Shown here one piece after another: positions 22,510-36,417 of a stretch of DNA of 64,000 nucleotides. This DNA comes from Prorocentrum cordatum (Eukaryota). The notes beneath the pieces were generated by a model. That model was not told where the DNA came from and searched no databases. It saw only the letters and a program-made list of their open reading frames with translations. The stretch is from assembly GCA_963575745.1 (NCBI GenBank), contig CAUYUJ010000311.1:1-64000 (forward strand), in the 5' to 3' direction. How positions within the stretch are numbered: the stretch's first letter is position 1; every line of letters starts with the position of its first letter. The position numbers and the translations under genes are program-made.

Positions 22510-25500
22510 GAGTGAACATTCCCAGCCGCAGGGTTACCACAAGGCGAAGTTCCTGCTGGACGAGAAGCGCCCAGAGCTCTTTGTCAGCACTCCACCCTGC
22601 GGGCCCTGGTCGATAATGCAGAACGTCAACCAGCGCGACGACAGGCAGAGGCAGAACCTTCGCAGGAAGCGCCTCAAGAGCCAGCGGATCTTCGAGAACA
22701 ACAAGAGGCTCATAGAGCACCAGGTGCTCAACCTGAACGGCTCTGCCCTCGCCGAGCAGCCACACAACAGTCGGTCGCGGCAAAAGACCTGCTGGAAGGA
22801 TCTCCACAAGATACTCCCTTACGAGGTGATCGTGGACGGCTGCGCCTGCGGACTGAGAGCTCCCGATACAGGCGAGCTCATGAAGAAGCGCTGGAAGTTT
22901 CTCACTAACGACAAGAGGATCTGGGTGGCCCTACAGCCGCTACAATGCCGTGGAGGACACTACCACGAGGAGATTGAGAGCAGCCTGAGGACTGAGGCTT
23001 CGGGCTACTACCCCAAGATGCTGCGCCGCCGGATCCTCCGAGCTCTGACCAAGAGCCAGAACAAGAACTACTTCGAGGACGAGGTTGCGAAGTGCCTCTG
23101 CATGGCAGCTACCCAGCAGCCACCGACGGAGCCTACGCTTGTGGAGGATGAGCCGTCGATTCCACCTCAAAACGGCAAGGAGACTCACGACCTCACCAAA
23201 GAGACGATCAAGAAGATAGAGAGCTACATCAGGCTGGTGCACACCAACCTTGGACATCTACCCCGAGCTCATCTACTACGATACCTTCGCGACCGTGGTG
23301 CTCGCCCAGAGGTACTACGACTGGCCAGGACATTCAAGTGCGACATCTGCGACGCGCACCGACCACCGACAAAGCGGCCACCAGCCTCATCAGCAGAGCA
23401 GCCACAGAACGGTCACGAGGTTCTCTTCGACGCCTTCTCATGGATCCGTCGCAGCAAGAAGACGAACGTGATGGCGCTGGCGATCCTCGACGCCGGCTCA
23501 GACATCCTCTACGTGCGACTGATCGACGAGAAAGAGATCCCGGGTACGACTCGTCAAGTTCGCGCCGGCGACCTTCGACATATTTTTTGCGACAAAGTGG
23601 TTTCCTTGGATGGGACGCCCGAAGGCCATGCGCTACGATCCCGCTGGCAGCGCCATCTCCAACGAGTTCCGCGAGTGGATCGAGAGCCAGGGAGTCTACT
23701 GTCTTCCATGCGCGGCCGACGCCCACTGGCAGATCGGCAAGATTGAGCGCGCGATCGAAGCTATCAAGGAGGCCCTCGACGCTTTCGACGAGATGGTCTC
23801 AGCTGAAGTGCCTACCAGCGAGATGATTGGACTCCAGACAGCTGCCAGGAGCGACCTGATCAGGATTGACGGATTCAGCCCACTGCAGCGCTATGCTGGA
23901 CGGACCCCGACGGGGACCACGGTTAACTTGTCCGACGAGCCGAACAACCTGCCCCTCATCAGCGCCGAGCTGCAGGATGGCACCTTCAGCAGGGACGCCC
24001 AAGTTCGACGACTGGCGCGGCTGGCTCACATCCAGACCCAGAACTCCGACCGAGTCAAACGGGCGGAGGCCGCGCGCTTCAGGTCCTTCAAAAGGTACGA
24101 GACGGGCGACCTGGTCTTCGTCTACAGGAGGCCCCCACCAGGAGCCTGGATCAAGAAGGGCCAACCTCGCTCCATGCCTGGGCGAGGCCGCTGGTACGGA
24201 CCTGGACGAGTACTCTGCCACGAACCATCGAGCTCGGGACATCGACCTGGTCTACCTGGGACAGTGGTCAACATCACACTGGCTGGACGCCTCTATCGAG
24301 TTGCCCCAGAACAGCTTCGACCTGCTACGCCCTCCGAAGAGGCGATGGACTCTCTACGCTCGCGTCGCGAGCAGCCGGGGACATGGACCTTCGGCGACGC
24401 CCAGAAGCTGCTCGACCAGAACGAGGTGATCGATCTTTCGAACGAGCCCCCGCCTACTGGCGAGGACCTGGCCGCTGACGACGGCGAGTCTGTCAGCGCT
24501 CGCACCTTCAAGGGCAACGCGAGCGGGCCCTGGGCCATTCCTGAAGACGAGGAGCTACCTGTGCCACGAGGAGATCCTCGGAGTTTGGGCCCAGGAGGAG
24601 GAGGCGGAGGTGGTGGAGCCATCGAGGCACCCCCTGGACTGGAAGAGTGACCTCTCCCTGGACCGCGACCTCCAAGGCGACTACGGAAGAAGGGCAATCC
24701 CTGGGCCGAGTCGGCCGAGGTCCAAGACCCTCTCATACAGCCAGCACAGCCAGAAGCACCACCACGCATTCCACAAGAGGAAGGCCACGAAGCTGGACAC
24801 CAAGAAGAAGCCGAGCTACCTGCAGAAGAAGAGATCGCCATGGAGGCCCCTCCCGACGACGACCAAGCAGAGCGTCCGTCTCAGCAACCCATTGCGGTGG
24901 ACACGGACGACGACCTCGACGAGACTACGGCGCCTGACATGAACGACAAGCGCCGGCTGCGGTCGCCTGGCTCGACCGAGCCACCTGCCAAGAAGCAGCG
25001 GATCAACGTCGCGACCCAGAAGGCCTTCTCCTACGACCTGCAGGAAGGCAACTTCTACGGGGACTACGCCTACAGCGTCCAGCAATACGACGAGACGAAG
25101 GAGGACGACGAGCTCATCGTGCTGGACATCCCCGTCAGCAACGAGCACGCGTTCATGGCCTACATGGACAATCCCAGCAATTTCGTGACATCACAGGCCC
25201 GGAAGGGCCGAGTGGAGGTTTCTTTCAAGAAGGCGACGCCTGAGGAAAAGAAGCTGCTACTTGAGGCCCAGCAGAAGGAGCGCACCTCGGTCCTCAGCGC
25301 GAAGGCTGTTAGGATCCTCAGCCGCAAGGGGATCGACCTGGCGCGCCTGCTGCGCTGTCGTTTCGTGCTGACCTGGAAGATGGACGAGCAGGACAACGTG
25401 CTCCGACGCAAGGCCAGATTGGTCGTGCTTGGTTTCAGCGACCCCGATCTACTACACCCACGGACAGAGTCACCAGTTGCCTCAAGACGTGCACGACAAC

Positions 25501-27520
25501 TTCTACTGGCCATGGCAGCAAGACACAAGTGGAAGCTGGAGAAGGCAGACGCAGCGACAGCCTTCCTCCAGGGCGAGACTGACGAGGAGAAGAGGAAGAT
25601 CTACGCCGACCCGCCGAAAGATGTTCGTCAGGCATTCGGCATGAAAGATGACGATGTACTACAGTTCCTCAAGCCGATGCATGGGTTTGCACATGTTCCT
25701 CGCAAGTGGTGGCTCCATTTCAAGGACACGCTCAGAACGCTGAAGCTGGAGATCGTGCAGTGCGAACCTTGCGTCTGGGTCATCCGAGACGGCAACAAGA
25801 TGGTTGGCATGGTCATCCTACACGTCGATGATATGATGATTGCCGGCGATCACAAGAACTCGGCCTTTCTCAAGAAGCGTCAGGAGATTCAACAAGTGTT
25901 TGAATGGACACCCTGGGAGAGCCGAGCGTTCGTGCAGTGTGGCATCAGCATTCGACAGAACGAGGATTATACCTGCAGCCTCGCACAGGACAGCTACAGC
26001 CTGAACGTGGAGCCCATCAAGATACGACGTGGGAGGAAACCCACAGAAGGAGTTTCAGACAAGGAGAGATCAGACCTACGAGGCCGACTTGGTACAGTCG
26101 GATGGCGAGCTCAGCAGTCGGCCCCGTGGCTGAGCGCCGAAGTCTCTCTACTTCAAGCGGAGATACCTACGGCCACGGTCTCAACCATCCAGAAGATCAA
26201 CAAGCCTGTCCGCACCATGAATGACACCACCGACGTAGTCATGCTCATCCCGGCCATTGCGCAGATTGCCGTGGTTGGCTGGGGCGATGCAGCATGGGCC
26301 GCCCGTATCACTGGCGAGTCCCAAGGCGGAGAAATCGTTGTTCTGGCCCCCCTATCCTTCCTGAGTGGCGCGACAGAGACGGTTGCGCCTATCTCTTGGA
26401 GATCATGCAAGCTACCCAGAGTGGCCAGAAGCAGTACGAGTGCGGAGGTCCAGATGATGACGGAGACCCTGGACGAGATCAGTTACGTGCGACTGTTCAT
26501 CTACGAGCTGGAGTGCGGTCAAGTGGTGGACTACACCAACAAGCAGCACGTGAACGACGCCATCTCATCCTGCCCTGGCGTACTTGTCACAGACGGTAAG
26601 TCGGGCTACGACGCGATCGAAAAGAGTGAGTCAGCTGGTCTCGCACTACGTGACAAGCGGACGAGCATCGAGTGCTCAGGCATTCGACAGCAGAAGGAGC
26701 AGACGGCCCTCCAGATACGCTGGGTACACAGCGACGCCATGTTAGCCGACGGATTGACCAAGGATCGTGCCGCCAAGGTCTTGCTGGAGTTCTTCAGATC
26801 GGGCCAACGCTGGAGACTCGTGGACGACCCACTTCACCGCAGTGCCCGGAAGCACAAGACCGAGGGCTTAGACAAGCTCGACCATGGCAAGCCGATCTCG
26901 GACGATGACGAGGACGCTATGCTGGAGGCCCTGATCTACTACGCCCGCGACAACCCCGACGAGCAGGAGAGCCCTGCTGGAGATGCTGCCCTGTGGGGCA
27001 TGATTCAGCCGCTCACGCGCTCTGTGCTTTCTGTAAATTCAGTTGCCAGAGGCAGGTCTCGATGCCGTAACATCGATCTTTAGCTCTTGGGTATGCAAAT
27101 CACAGCCCAGAGCCTGCCTCTTCAGAGCCTACTTACGACAGATGGCCCCTAGAGGCCTAGCGTGATATATATATATATATATGCTTCAGGCTCCAAAGGA
27201 GCCTCGTGTACGTTAGCCAAGCGTTTCCCGGCGAATCGGGCCTCCCAAGACTCCAGGTTTCAGCAAACCCTGCTTAGTAGGCCCTTCGTTTCCCTAGCAA
27301 CAAGTTGCAACATATATTATAAACAGAACAAGCTCGACCGAAACCGTTCTGGCTCAAGACCTTGCAGCGTCACAGCGACGCTGGATTTCTGGTGTGCGTC
27401 CAAGAGACGCAGAGCAGCGAACTGCCCGCTAACAAACAGATCCTGCTCCCTACCATAGTGTGATCAGCATCGCACAGACACTGCCCTATCATAGACGACC
27501 TGTTTGAGACGAGCCCAACA
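22510..27520 (+). mobile_element. 5'-truncated, disrupted Ty1/copia LTR retrotransposon (DNMT-like - integrase - RT - RNase H)
   Basis: Integrase HHCC (HTNLGH..CDIC) and D-D-E (FDAF, RYDPAG, KIERAI). Copia RT (CRFVLTWK, KARLVVLGF, ADAATAFLQG, HVDDMMIAG). RNase H (WGDAAWA, SSTSAE, TDGKS, LADGLTK). IN precedes RT, the copia order. There is a +1 frameshift at ~23595 (gacaaagtgg) and an in-frame TGA at 24648-24650. Confidence 0.92.
27001..27520 (+). repeat. Candidate 3' LTR (TG...CA)
   Basis: Begins TG after tggggca and ends cccaaCA. Contains (TA)n, a TATA-like tatattataaa and an SL-like 22-mer. No 5' LTR is in the window to confirm it. Confidence 0.3.
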
Positions 27521-27764
27521 TCCCCTACAGTGATTTCAACGTATTCTCAGAATAGAGAAGAGAGTAGCATCTATCAGGATTGCTATCAGGGCAGTGGTCA
27601 TAAGCGGGACCATTGCACAGGGAGGGCCCCCCGTCCACCGGCCCCCTCAGCCGGTCGGTGGCGGGGACGGCGGCGGGGGCAGCGGCGGCGGCCGCCGGGC
27701 GGTGGCCCGCGGACGCCCGGCGCGGCCCGGGCCTCTCTTCCTTCCGGCTCCTCTTCGCGCCCTG

Positions 27765-28240
27765 CCTCCTCCTCCTCCTCCTCCTCCTCCTCCTCCTCCT
27801 CCTCCTCCTCATCCTCCTCCTATGCCTCCTCCTCCACCTCCACCTCCTCCTCCTCCTCCTCCTCCTCCTCCTCCTCCTCCTCCTCCTCCTCCTCCTCCTC
27901 CTCCCGCTCCAGCACCTCAGCGCCGCCTCCACGCCCCCTCGCTCCTCCTCCTCCTTCTTCTTCTCCCTTTTCTCTTCCTCCTCCTCCGCCGCCTCCCCTG
28001 CTCCGCCTCCACAGCTTCCTCCGCCTCCTCCGCCTCATCCGCCTCCTCCTCCTCATCCTCCTCCTTTGCCTCCTACTCTTCCTCCTCCTCCTCCTCCTCC
28101 TCCTCCTCCTCCTCCTCCTCTCCTCCTCCTCCCTGCGCCTCCTCCTCCTTCTCATCCTCCTCCTCTTCCTCCTCCTCCGCCTGATCCTCCCTCCTCCTCC
28201 TCCTCCTACTCATTCTCCTCGTCCTCCTTCTTCATTCCTT
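27765..28240. repeat. (CCT)n microsatellite
   Basis: Seen directly. Confidence 0.9.
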
Positions 28241-28241
28241 T

Positions 28242-29182
28242 CCTTATAAATAATTTCTTACTGCCGCACCCAGAGGCCCGTCGAAATGGCGGGTCCGGCG
28301 TTTCGCCCGAGAGTTCCTCACCGCTTATGACCCTGAAGCTAAATCGTTGCAAGAGCTTCACGGATTGAGTGCGGGCTATTTTCGAAATGTGGCTCTCGCC
28401 TCAGTACCGCGCACATTCTGTCTAAAAATTCAAGAATTCCACGAATTGAGGGTGGGTCGTTGTCTTAAAAGTGGCTCTCGCCTTAGCGCCGCACACCTTC
28501 GTTTTAGAAACTCGCAAAAGAGCTCCAAGGATTGAGGGTACATTTTCAAAACGTGGTTCTCGCCTTAGCGCCGCGCACAGTCCTCCTACATAGGTACAAC
28601 AGTTTCACGGTTTGAGGGCGGGTCGTTTTCAAAATGTGGTTCTCGCCTTAGCGCCGCGCACATTTGGTCTGTTCCCGCGCACAGAGTGTCGCGGGTTAAG
28701 GGCTGTTCCTATCAAAATGTGGCTCTCGCCTTAGCGCCGCGTACCTTCGGTTTAGAAGACATGCAAGATCTGCACGGTTTAAGGGCTGCTCCGTTTCAAC
28801 ATGTGGCTCTCACCGTAGCGCCGCGCACATCCCTTGTAAAAACTGCAAGGACTTCGTTGGCTCTCATGATCAACGTACCAGAAATGGCATGTTGGAATGA
28901 CTCAGGATTATGAGGGTGTAACAGGTACGCTGACTCTCGAGGTTGAAGTCCCATGGGTAGAGCTCTGGCACGATGCAGGATCGTCAAGACGAAACTGTCA
29001 GGTTGATCCGTGGCGTTGGAGTCCCGAAAACAATGTTTTGGCATGCTTCAGGGTCTTCAAACAGGTCATTCAACGAGGTAGCACCTTCATTAGAAATCAA
29101 CCGTTGTAGCGGCCTATGAAGAGGGAGCTTGGAGGGAGGGTTTGCTCCACCATCGTTGATGACTCTCGGGCTTACACTGGTC
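28242..29182. mobile_element. Non-coding dispersed repeat family, copy 1 (about eight internal ~59-bp tandem units)
   Basis: Left end ccttataaataatttc..cgcacccagaggc; internal units aaatgtggctctcgccttagcgccgcgcac; core caggttgatccgtggcgttggagtcccga; right end ggagcttggag..catcgttgatgactctcgggcttacactggtc. All are shared with copies at 41953 and 42839. Confidence 0.8.
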
Positions 29183-29184
29183 AT

Positions 29185-29815
29185 CCCCCTCCCCCTCCTC
29201 CTCCTCCTCCTCTTCCTCCTCCTCCTCCTCTCCCCATCATCCCTCCTCCCTCCTCCTCATCCTCCTCCTCCTCCCTCCTCCTCCTCCCCCTCCCTCCCTC
29301 AACGCTCCTCTTCCGTCCTCCCTCCTCCCTATTTCTTCCTCCCCCTCCTTCCCTCCCTCCCTCCCTCCCTCCCTTTTCCTCCCTCCTCCGCCTTCCTCCT
29401 CCTCCCTCTTCCACCTCCTCCCTCCTCCCTCCCTCCTCCTCTCCTCCCTCCTCCTCCTCCTCCCCTCCTCCTCCTCCTCCTCCTCCTCCTCCTCCTCCTC
29501 CTCCTCCTCCTCCCTCCTCCTCCTCCTCCTCCTCCTCCTCCTCCTCCTCCTCCTCCTCCCTCCTCCTCCTCCTCCTCCTCCTCCTCCTCCTCCTCTCCTC
29601 CCCTCCTCCTCCTCCTCCTCCTCCTCCTCCTCCTCCTCCTCCTCCTCCTCCTCCTCCTCCTCCTCCTCCTCCTCCTCCTCCTCCTCCTCCTCCTCCTCCT
29701 CCTCCTCCTCCTCCTCCTCCTCCTCCTCCTCCTCCTCCTCCTCCTCCTCCTCCTCCTCCTCCTCCTCCTCCTCCTCCTCCTCCTCCTCCTCCTCCTCCTC
29801 CTCCTCCTCCTCCTC
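29185..29815. repeat. (CCT)n microsatellite, perfect over roughly the last 210 bp
   Basis: Seen directly. Confidence 0.95.
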
Positions 29816-32800
29816 TCAAGCAATTTGGGCTGGAGCACCAAGTCCCTTGCCCCCGTGCCTGGGCAAGTGCTTGCAGCCTTCCCTGTACTTCCACGTAGTG
29901 CTTGAGAGATTTGCAGCAGGTATGCCCCATCACCTGCCTGCATCAACGAAAGCAGGGAGAACTTCTGCGATGTCAGCCGCTCGTCGCCCATGGAGAAAGT
30001 GACAGTTTAGCCAAACGTGTGAATACAATGACAAACCCCTCCTTGCAGACTGTCGTTGCAGCAAGTGTTCCGAGCAGGTGCGGCTATTCAAGCCGCGCAC
30101 TCGCTCCAAGTCTGCTGAACGAGGTGTGCGCTTCGAGGATGAGGCGGCGTCTGGAGCCACAACTCCACGCAGCGGGAAGAAAGGCGGCCCCAAGAAGAAT
30201 CAGGACATCTCGGCGCTGCTCGAGCAGCCGCTGAAGGCCACCCAGGACACCGAGCTGCAGCAGGTGTTGCAGCAGCAGTCGCAGCGGTTGGCTAGTCAGA
30301 ACACGAGCGCCAAGAACAGCGACGCCGTCGATGCTGTCAAACGTGCAGACGGTACCTGGAAGGTCGCCAGGAACCGACACCAACAGTTGGTGGACCAGGT
30401 GATGGGGCTGCGGCAGCAGCTCAGCACCGCGGAGGGCAAGGAGAGCGAGGCTGCCGTCGAGCTCGCCCGCGTAGCGGCGGCGAAGACGGCGGCCACGAGG
30501 GCGTTGGTGCAAGCTGAGGAAGTTGGTGCTGCTGCCACTTCCAACGAGCAGGAGCTCAAGCCCATTTCCGGCATCACGATGAAGATGGATGCGTGCAGCT
30601 CCTTCGAGTCGTGGGACTGCGAGGAGACGGACAAGCAGCATTTTCGGTCCTTGAAGGCCGAGCTAGAGCAGTACAAGGCGGCCATGGAGGAGAAGAGCTC
30701 CACGTGGCAATCGTTCGTCGACAAGGCGAAGCAGGCGGAGAAGGAGGTCGCCGAGAGGATGGCCAAGAAGCGCAAGGGGAACGACGGCGGCGCCCAGGAC
30801 AGCCTGGGCGCTGCCGCTCCCGAGGCAGCGGCAGAGGCGAGAGGCGTAGGTGCCTCCAGCGCTGCTAGCCCAGACACCGTCGATCCCGCGCACGAGGAGG
30901 CCATCAAGAGGGAGGCGGCGAAGATCTCCAAGGCGAGGTTTCAGGCTGCCGGAGCCACCAACAAGGGCAAGGGCACCGAGGGCGGCAAGGGCGTGGGTGC
31001 GCCTCCTGCTGCTGACGGTCCAGGTTCCAGTTGACTAGGGACCTCTACGACGACTACGCAGACTACAGGTGCTGCGAATTCGGGGACCGCCAGTGCGTGT
31101 ACTGGTACCAGTGCGGGCAACTCGGGGGATGCCACATCTTCGGCTCCTTCGCCAGCTTCAACTTCTACCTCTGTGGGCGCTGCTGTCACGGGTTGTACTA
31201 TAACTACGACGAGCAGCGACGAACAAGGTTCGTCTCTCTTTTTCTCGAACACCACGTGTATGGGCGACAAAGCTCGGGGGCATGTCGGCACTCTCGTGAA
31301 CGAAGGGTACTCGTACATCACTTTGTGTGAGACACACATCAACCAGCAGTCGATCAGCAAGTGGCGGCGGAAAGCTCGCGGTGGTAATCTCGAGCTCTAC
31401 GCCAACGCTGCACGGTCGAAGAGCAAGTGGATCAGTTCGACAGGCAGTGCATTTGCCAACGAGGGCGGTGAGTTGTTCCTGGCGACTAGGCACAAGCCAG
31501 CTTGTATCTTGGACGAGGCGCCAGCTGTTCCAGGACTCCGATCGGAGCGGGGCAGCTCTTTCGACTGCTTCGTACCAGCCTTGCTTGATTGAGCTAAAAG
31601 GATAGTCAATTGTCGCTGTCACCTTTTACGGTCACTCAGCCATAGGTATGAGAGATCATAATGTTCCAAGATTTCGGAAGCCTGCGTCTCTCGTAGCTGC
31701 CATCCAGCTTCCTTGGTTGGTTGTCGCTGATTAGAATGTCACCCCTGTCTCCCTCAATAGGGGGGGGGAGGGGGGGGGGGGGCAAATTTTGCGTTGCGAG
31801 GCTGACTTCACTTGTACACCTGGAGGGGATCAGAAGCCCTCTCACTTAGATTATATAGTTGCTAGTGCCGCTGCGCGGCCCTATGTTCGCTCAGTTCGTG
31901 CCGTGCGCGGCGTGCCGTGGCGCCCTCATATCGGGCTCCACGTGGACCTTGCAGGCACCAGCTCTCAGCTCTACACTCGTGTCTTAGAGTTGCCCCCCAG
32001 GCTCCCCAAAGTGGCCCGCCCTGGGAAGCAGCCAACGGCAAGTTCGAAATCGAGCCGTACAAGGCCAAGCGTGAAGCAGACCGTAGGATAGGCCTAGAGA
32101 AGCGCAATTCGGGAATTCAGGAGTGGTTCGGAGATGTGCTCACCTCGGATAAACGTGCCGAGAGCGAAGGTGAGGCGTCGAGGTCAGGAGGAGGCCTAGG
32201 CCAGCAGCGCCCTTGGCGACAGCAACTGGCTGGACGAGTTTGACTGCGACCCGTGGGCCGACCAGCCCAACTTCGACTCCCCCAAGCCCGCGCACGCCGC
32301 CCATGCTGTCTTCGTTGCTTCTCTTGCTAGCCCGTCACGGTCAGTCGCTGAGCCAGCTCGTGCGAATTCGACCCCCTCTACCCCCGAGGGCCCCGATAAG
32401 CCCGACAGCACGGAGGAGGGCACCGTCCATCCCCAGCAGGTGAGCTCCCAGACCCAGGCCCCTGACACCTCATGCTCCACCCCAGTTGTTGCTGAAGAAG
32501 AGGCTGAGAAGACTGTTCGCGCCGAGGTCTCGTTCGATGTGCCGGTGGAGACTTGGAGCCAGGCCAGGCAATACATTGGGTTCTCCGAACTCTTCCAACA
32601 GTCCTGCCCCTGCCGTTGCGTCGTCCGTAGCCTTTCGGTTCAGGGCACAATCACCCGTATCAACGCATATCAGTTCACTTTACTGTAGTTGGATTCGGTC
32701 TGTTGAATTGGCAATCTACTCGCACCATCAGCAGATCCCACCTGCGCTGAGCCGAGGGCAAGCAGTGCAGTTTCGTGTGTGCGAGGTCCATCAGTCCAAG

Positions 32801-35800
32801 CCGCAGCGCATTCAACCCCTTCGGGATCGAGCCTCAGGCTGGTGGACCCGTGTTTCGACTATCGTTCATAGCCTTGTCAATCACCGTCAGCGGCAAAACG
32901 GTGATAAGCTCCAGCAGATTCTCATCACGGCCGCGCGTAACCTCTTGTCGCAGTGCCCCGAGGAGAGTCACAGAGTTGTTCAACGAGGTGACCGTCTCAA
33001 GTGGTCCCAATGGCAACCAGCCCTCAGCCAGCTCGGTGAGACCACATTGGATGAGCTTATGAAACTTGACAATGACGCAGCGCGCCTTGCTCGTCGTAGT
33101 CAGCAACGTGCCATGCAACGTTCACTGCAGGAGTTTAGAGAGTGGGCTGAGACAGCACCAGCAGCAGGAGCACTTCACAAGTTCATTCGTGATCAGGCGC
33201 TGCCAGCCGACACTCTTTGAGATAGGCCCCAGGACGCTGATCCACCCCAAGGATACCATGGACGCTAAATCGGAGAAATGGGAGCGTCCCTGAAGCCCAG
33301 CAGTTGATGAGTTTCAGCAGTTATCAGAGTTGTTTGCCGACATTCGGCAACGTATACAAGGTGAATCGCTCATGCCTCTTGGAGCCCAGGAACTTCGCGA
33401 GGCGCTCAGGAGTATGAAGCCCAACGCAGCCATGGGAGTCGGTCGGGCAAGCAGTCACGATTTCGACGGGTTGCCAGGTGCAGCTCTTGCCGAGTTAGGC
33501 GAGATCCTCACGCTCTGCGAGTTGCACCAGGTGTGGCCCCATCAGGTGCTCCTCACGCTGGGCGCCCTCCTGCCCCAGAAGGTGGCTGGCGATCGTGTGA
33601 TCGGGTTGCTATCCCACCTCGGGCGCACCTGGTCTCGCGCCCGCGAGATGCACGTCCGCGCCTGGACGGACCAGTACGAGGCGCACTGGGACGCAGCGGT
33701 GCGCGGCAATGCTGCACTTCGCGAGGTCTTTCTTCGCGCAGTGGACGAAGAACTTGCTGTGCGGCTCGGTACTTCAGCTGGCAATGGCATGATTGACGTC
33801 GCGAGTTGTTATGATACGGTGGGCTGGTATCGTATGGGCAAGGCAGCTCTTCGTCTTCAGTTTCCTCCTGAAGAATTAGACCTTGAACGTCAGCAATGTA
33901 TGGCTGCTCGTTGTGTTCGGCAGTCAGGAGCATACGGCGCCCCATTTGCGCCGACGCGGTCCATCGCACAGGGATTGCGAGGCGACACTCGTTTTGGGAA
34001 ATGCTCTACGTATTATGTGCTACAGAAAATCACAACCGTACACGTCAGCATGTCCCATCGGATTTGGGTGGACGACCTGAGCCAGACAGTGCATGGTTCT
34101 CGAGCTGCTGTGCGTACCCGTTTGGTTTCGTGCTTGGCAGAGACTTGCGCCGAACTTGAGCGACACGGTCTGACTGTGTCTCCCAAGTCCGTGGTGATTT
34201 GGACTCACATTGCGGACGCGCGTGCTGTGGTTCGACGACTGGCGGCCAAGGGTTATCACCTCAAAGTTGCTTGCCAGGCAGCCGATCTTGGCGGCGACCT
34301 GTCTGGAGGCCGCCGCCATGGACGCGCCACACGCCGTGCCCAAGTGGTGAAGCATCAAGCTATGTCCAAGAGGATCGTGGGCTTCGCACGTGCCACTCGT
34401 CGGTATCGAGTGCCACGCCGCTTGGAGCTCCAAGGCGCCCAACCCGCAGGCCTGCACGGGCATCAGCTGCATGGAGTGTGGGGTGATCAGTTGCAACAAG
34501 TACGACGCAAGTTAGCCAATGCTGTCGGACCCAGGTTGACAGGACGGTGTGTAGCGACATTGCTGGACCTGAAAGCTCCTGACCGCGACCCGCAGTACAA
34601 GCTACCGATAGACACGTTACGTATGTGGCTGGCTATGTGGTCCTCTCGCCCATCCGTGCATGCAGGAGTTGCCATATCATGGAAACCGATAGCTACCGAG
34701 CTTGCTGGCCTCACACCGGAGGCACGCTGCCGCAGGAATCGCGGACCTCAGGGAGCTGTCATTGCCTACTTGCTCCAGGTAGGCTGGACAAAAGATGCAC
34801 CGTCAGAGTGGACAATCCCTGGCGGCAGCTCGGCCTGGCAGCTCAAGTTCGACAACCTCACTGGTCATTCCATCCTCGACGTGCCCGAGGCCTTCTTCCT
34901 CGAGTACAGGCAGTCGGTTCAGGCGCAGATGTGGCAGAAGGCGGCCCTACACCACGGGGGGGCCGGCATGGAGAACGGAGCTTGCCATTTTTCGTACAGG
35001 AAGCTATTGGCTCAGCCAGAGCAGGCGCCTGGTGGATCCAGGCTCTCTAGTCTGCTGCTGGCGGCGGCGGCGGGCGCGGCGTGGCCGCGGACACGTCGCC
35101 AGACACGCTGCCGCCAGACCCACTCTGTCCTCTGCCCTAGGTGCAAGCTTGTACCAGAAACAAGTTTCCAGAATTTGGGGATGTAGTTGCCAGTCGCATC
35201 ATCCGATTTTAAATTTAGCAAAGATTTAGTCCTTAAGGCCTACACTCAGGCCGAGGCTGAAGAGTGCTTTTGGACCCGCGGTTTAATTCCCAAGGCCTGG
35301 ATGGACGTAACCCCTCCGCCCAAGACGGAATTGTGGACGACGGGCGACAATTGCAGCTTCGAGTCTCTGGGCACAGGAACTTTTGATAGGCCTTTGTTTG
35401 TGTTTGGAGATGCGAGTGGGGGGGAAGATACCCACCACCCCCTGCTCCGCCGAGTAGGCCTCGGAATAGTGTCGTGTCAACAGCTTGACGAACGAATGGA
35501 GATTTCTGTAGCTGCATGGGGTCCCCTCCCTGGCACCAGGCAAACGGTCGCTAGAGGGGAGATTTGGTGCCTCCTCACGTGTTTGCAGCATTTGACAGGT
35601 CATTGTGTGTACACCACAGATAATGATGCAGTCAATTTAGGGTGGTATCAGCGTAAGTGACTCGACCCCTCGGGCCCTGACGCTGACCTCTGGTGGCGAA
35701 TAGGGCGTGTCTTACACGAGAGAGGGCCGTCGCTGTCGTGCGCCGTGCTTTTCGTCCATTAACACCTCGAGGGTGCAGATATTGTGCGAGGTATAGCACC

Positions 35801-36417
35801 CCGCCTCCTTGTACTAGCTAATACCATAGCAGACAGTTTCGCGGCAGGTGCAGGAGTTGCCAGACTTGCCGAATCCATCCGTGCACGCATACACAGTACC
35901 GAGCAGCAAGCTTTCGCAGTTCGCATGCGCGTCCGTCAAAGCACACTCGAGGCCATACAGGCTGAAGAGCGTCTCTTAGCTGAGCAGGGTGGTAAGCGTA
36001 GCATAGCCTCAAGGAAAATGCAAAGAGCTGTTCCAGGTGTCAGGGTTTACGTCCCTGGCTCGTAAAAACGACTGGTTCAGCTCCCTGTGGTTTTCCCTCA
36101 TTAATGTGGACGGGATTCAGCATAGGCCTCCTCCTGGGCAACGGGTGCATCTTGGGGGGGGGGGGCGCTCACGAATCTCGCGTGTTAAATTTCCACTCGG
36201 GTTTAAACCTCTGGGTCTGCACTAAGTGTGGTTGCTACATCTTGCAACAGCTTCGAGCGTTAGCCACCAAGTGTGAAGGGGTCGTCTCATCGGAAGGATT
36301 ACGTGGACCGAATGTCCCGAGGCCTTTAAGCCGAGCTGACCAGCGGGAAGCGGCAGGGCTTGTAGCCGTTTCATCTCTCGTAACCGACACTGTCGTCACA
36401 CCCAGAACTCCAGAACT
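29816..36417 (+). mobile_element. Decayed, near-full-length non-LTR retrotransposon (ORF1; ORF2 APE-RT-RNase H-Cys motif)
   Basis: ORF1 ~29970-31034 (coiled-coil-like, early stop). APE ~31225-31950 (FFSNTT, LCETH, WLVVAD*N, HLDYIV, WRPH). RT in 33330-35186 (LPQKVAGDRVIGL, IDVASCYD, IAQG, IWVDD, DLGGD). RNase H ~35400-35850 (FGDASG, QTVARGE, TDN, ANTIAD). C-terminal VCTKCGCY..LATKC at ~36215-36275. Multiple stops and frameshifts. Confidence 0.9.
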
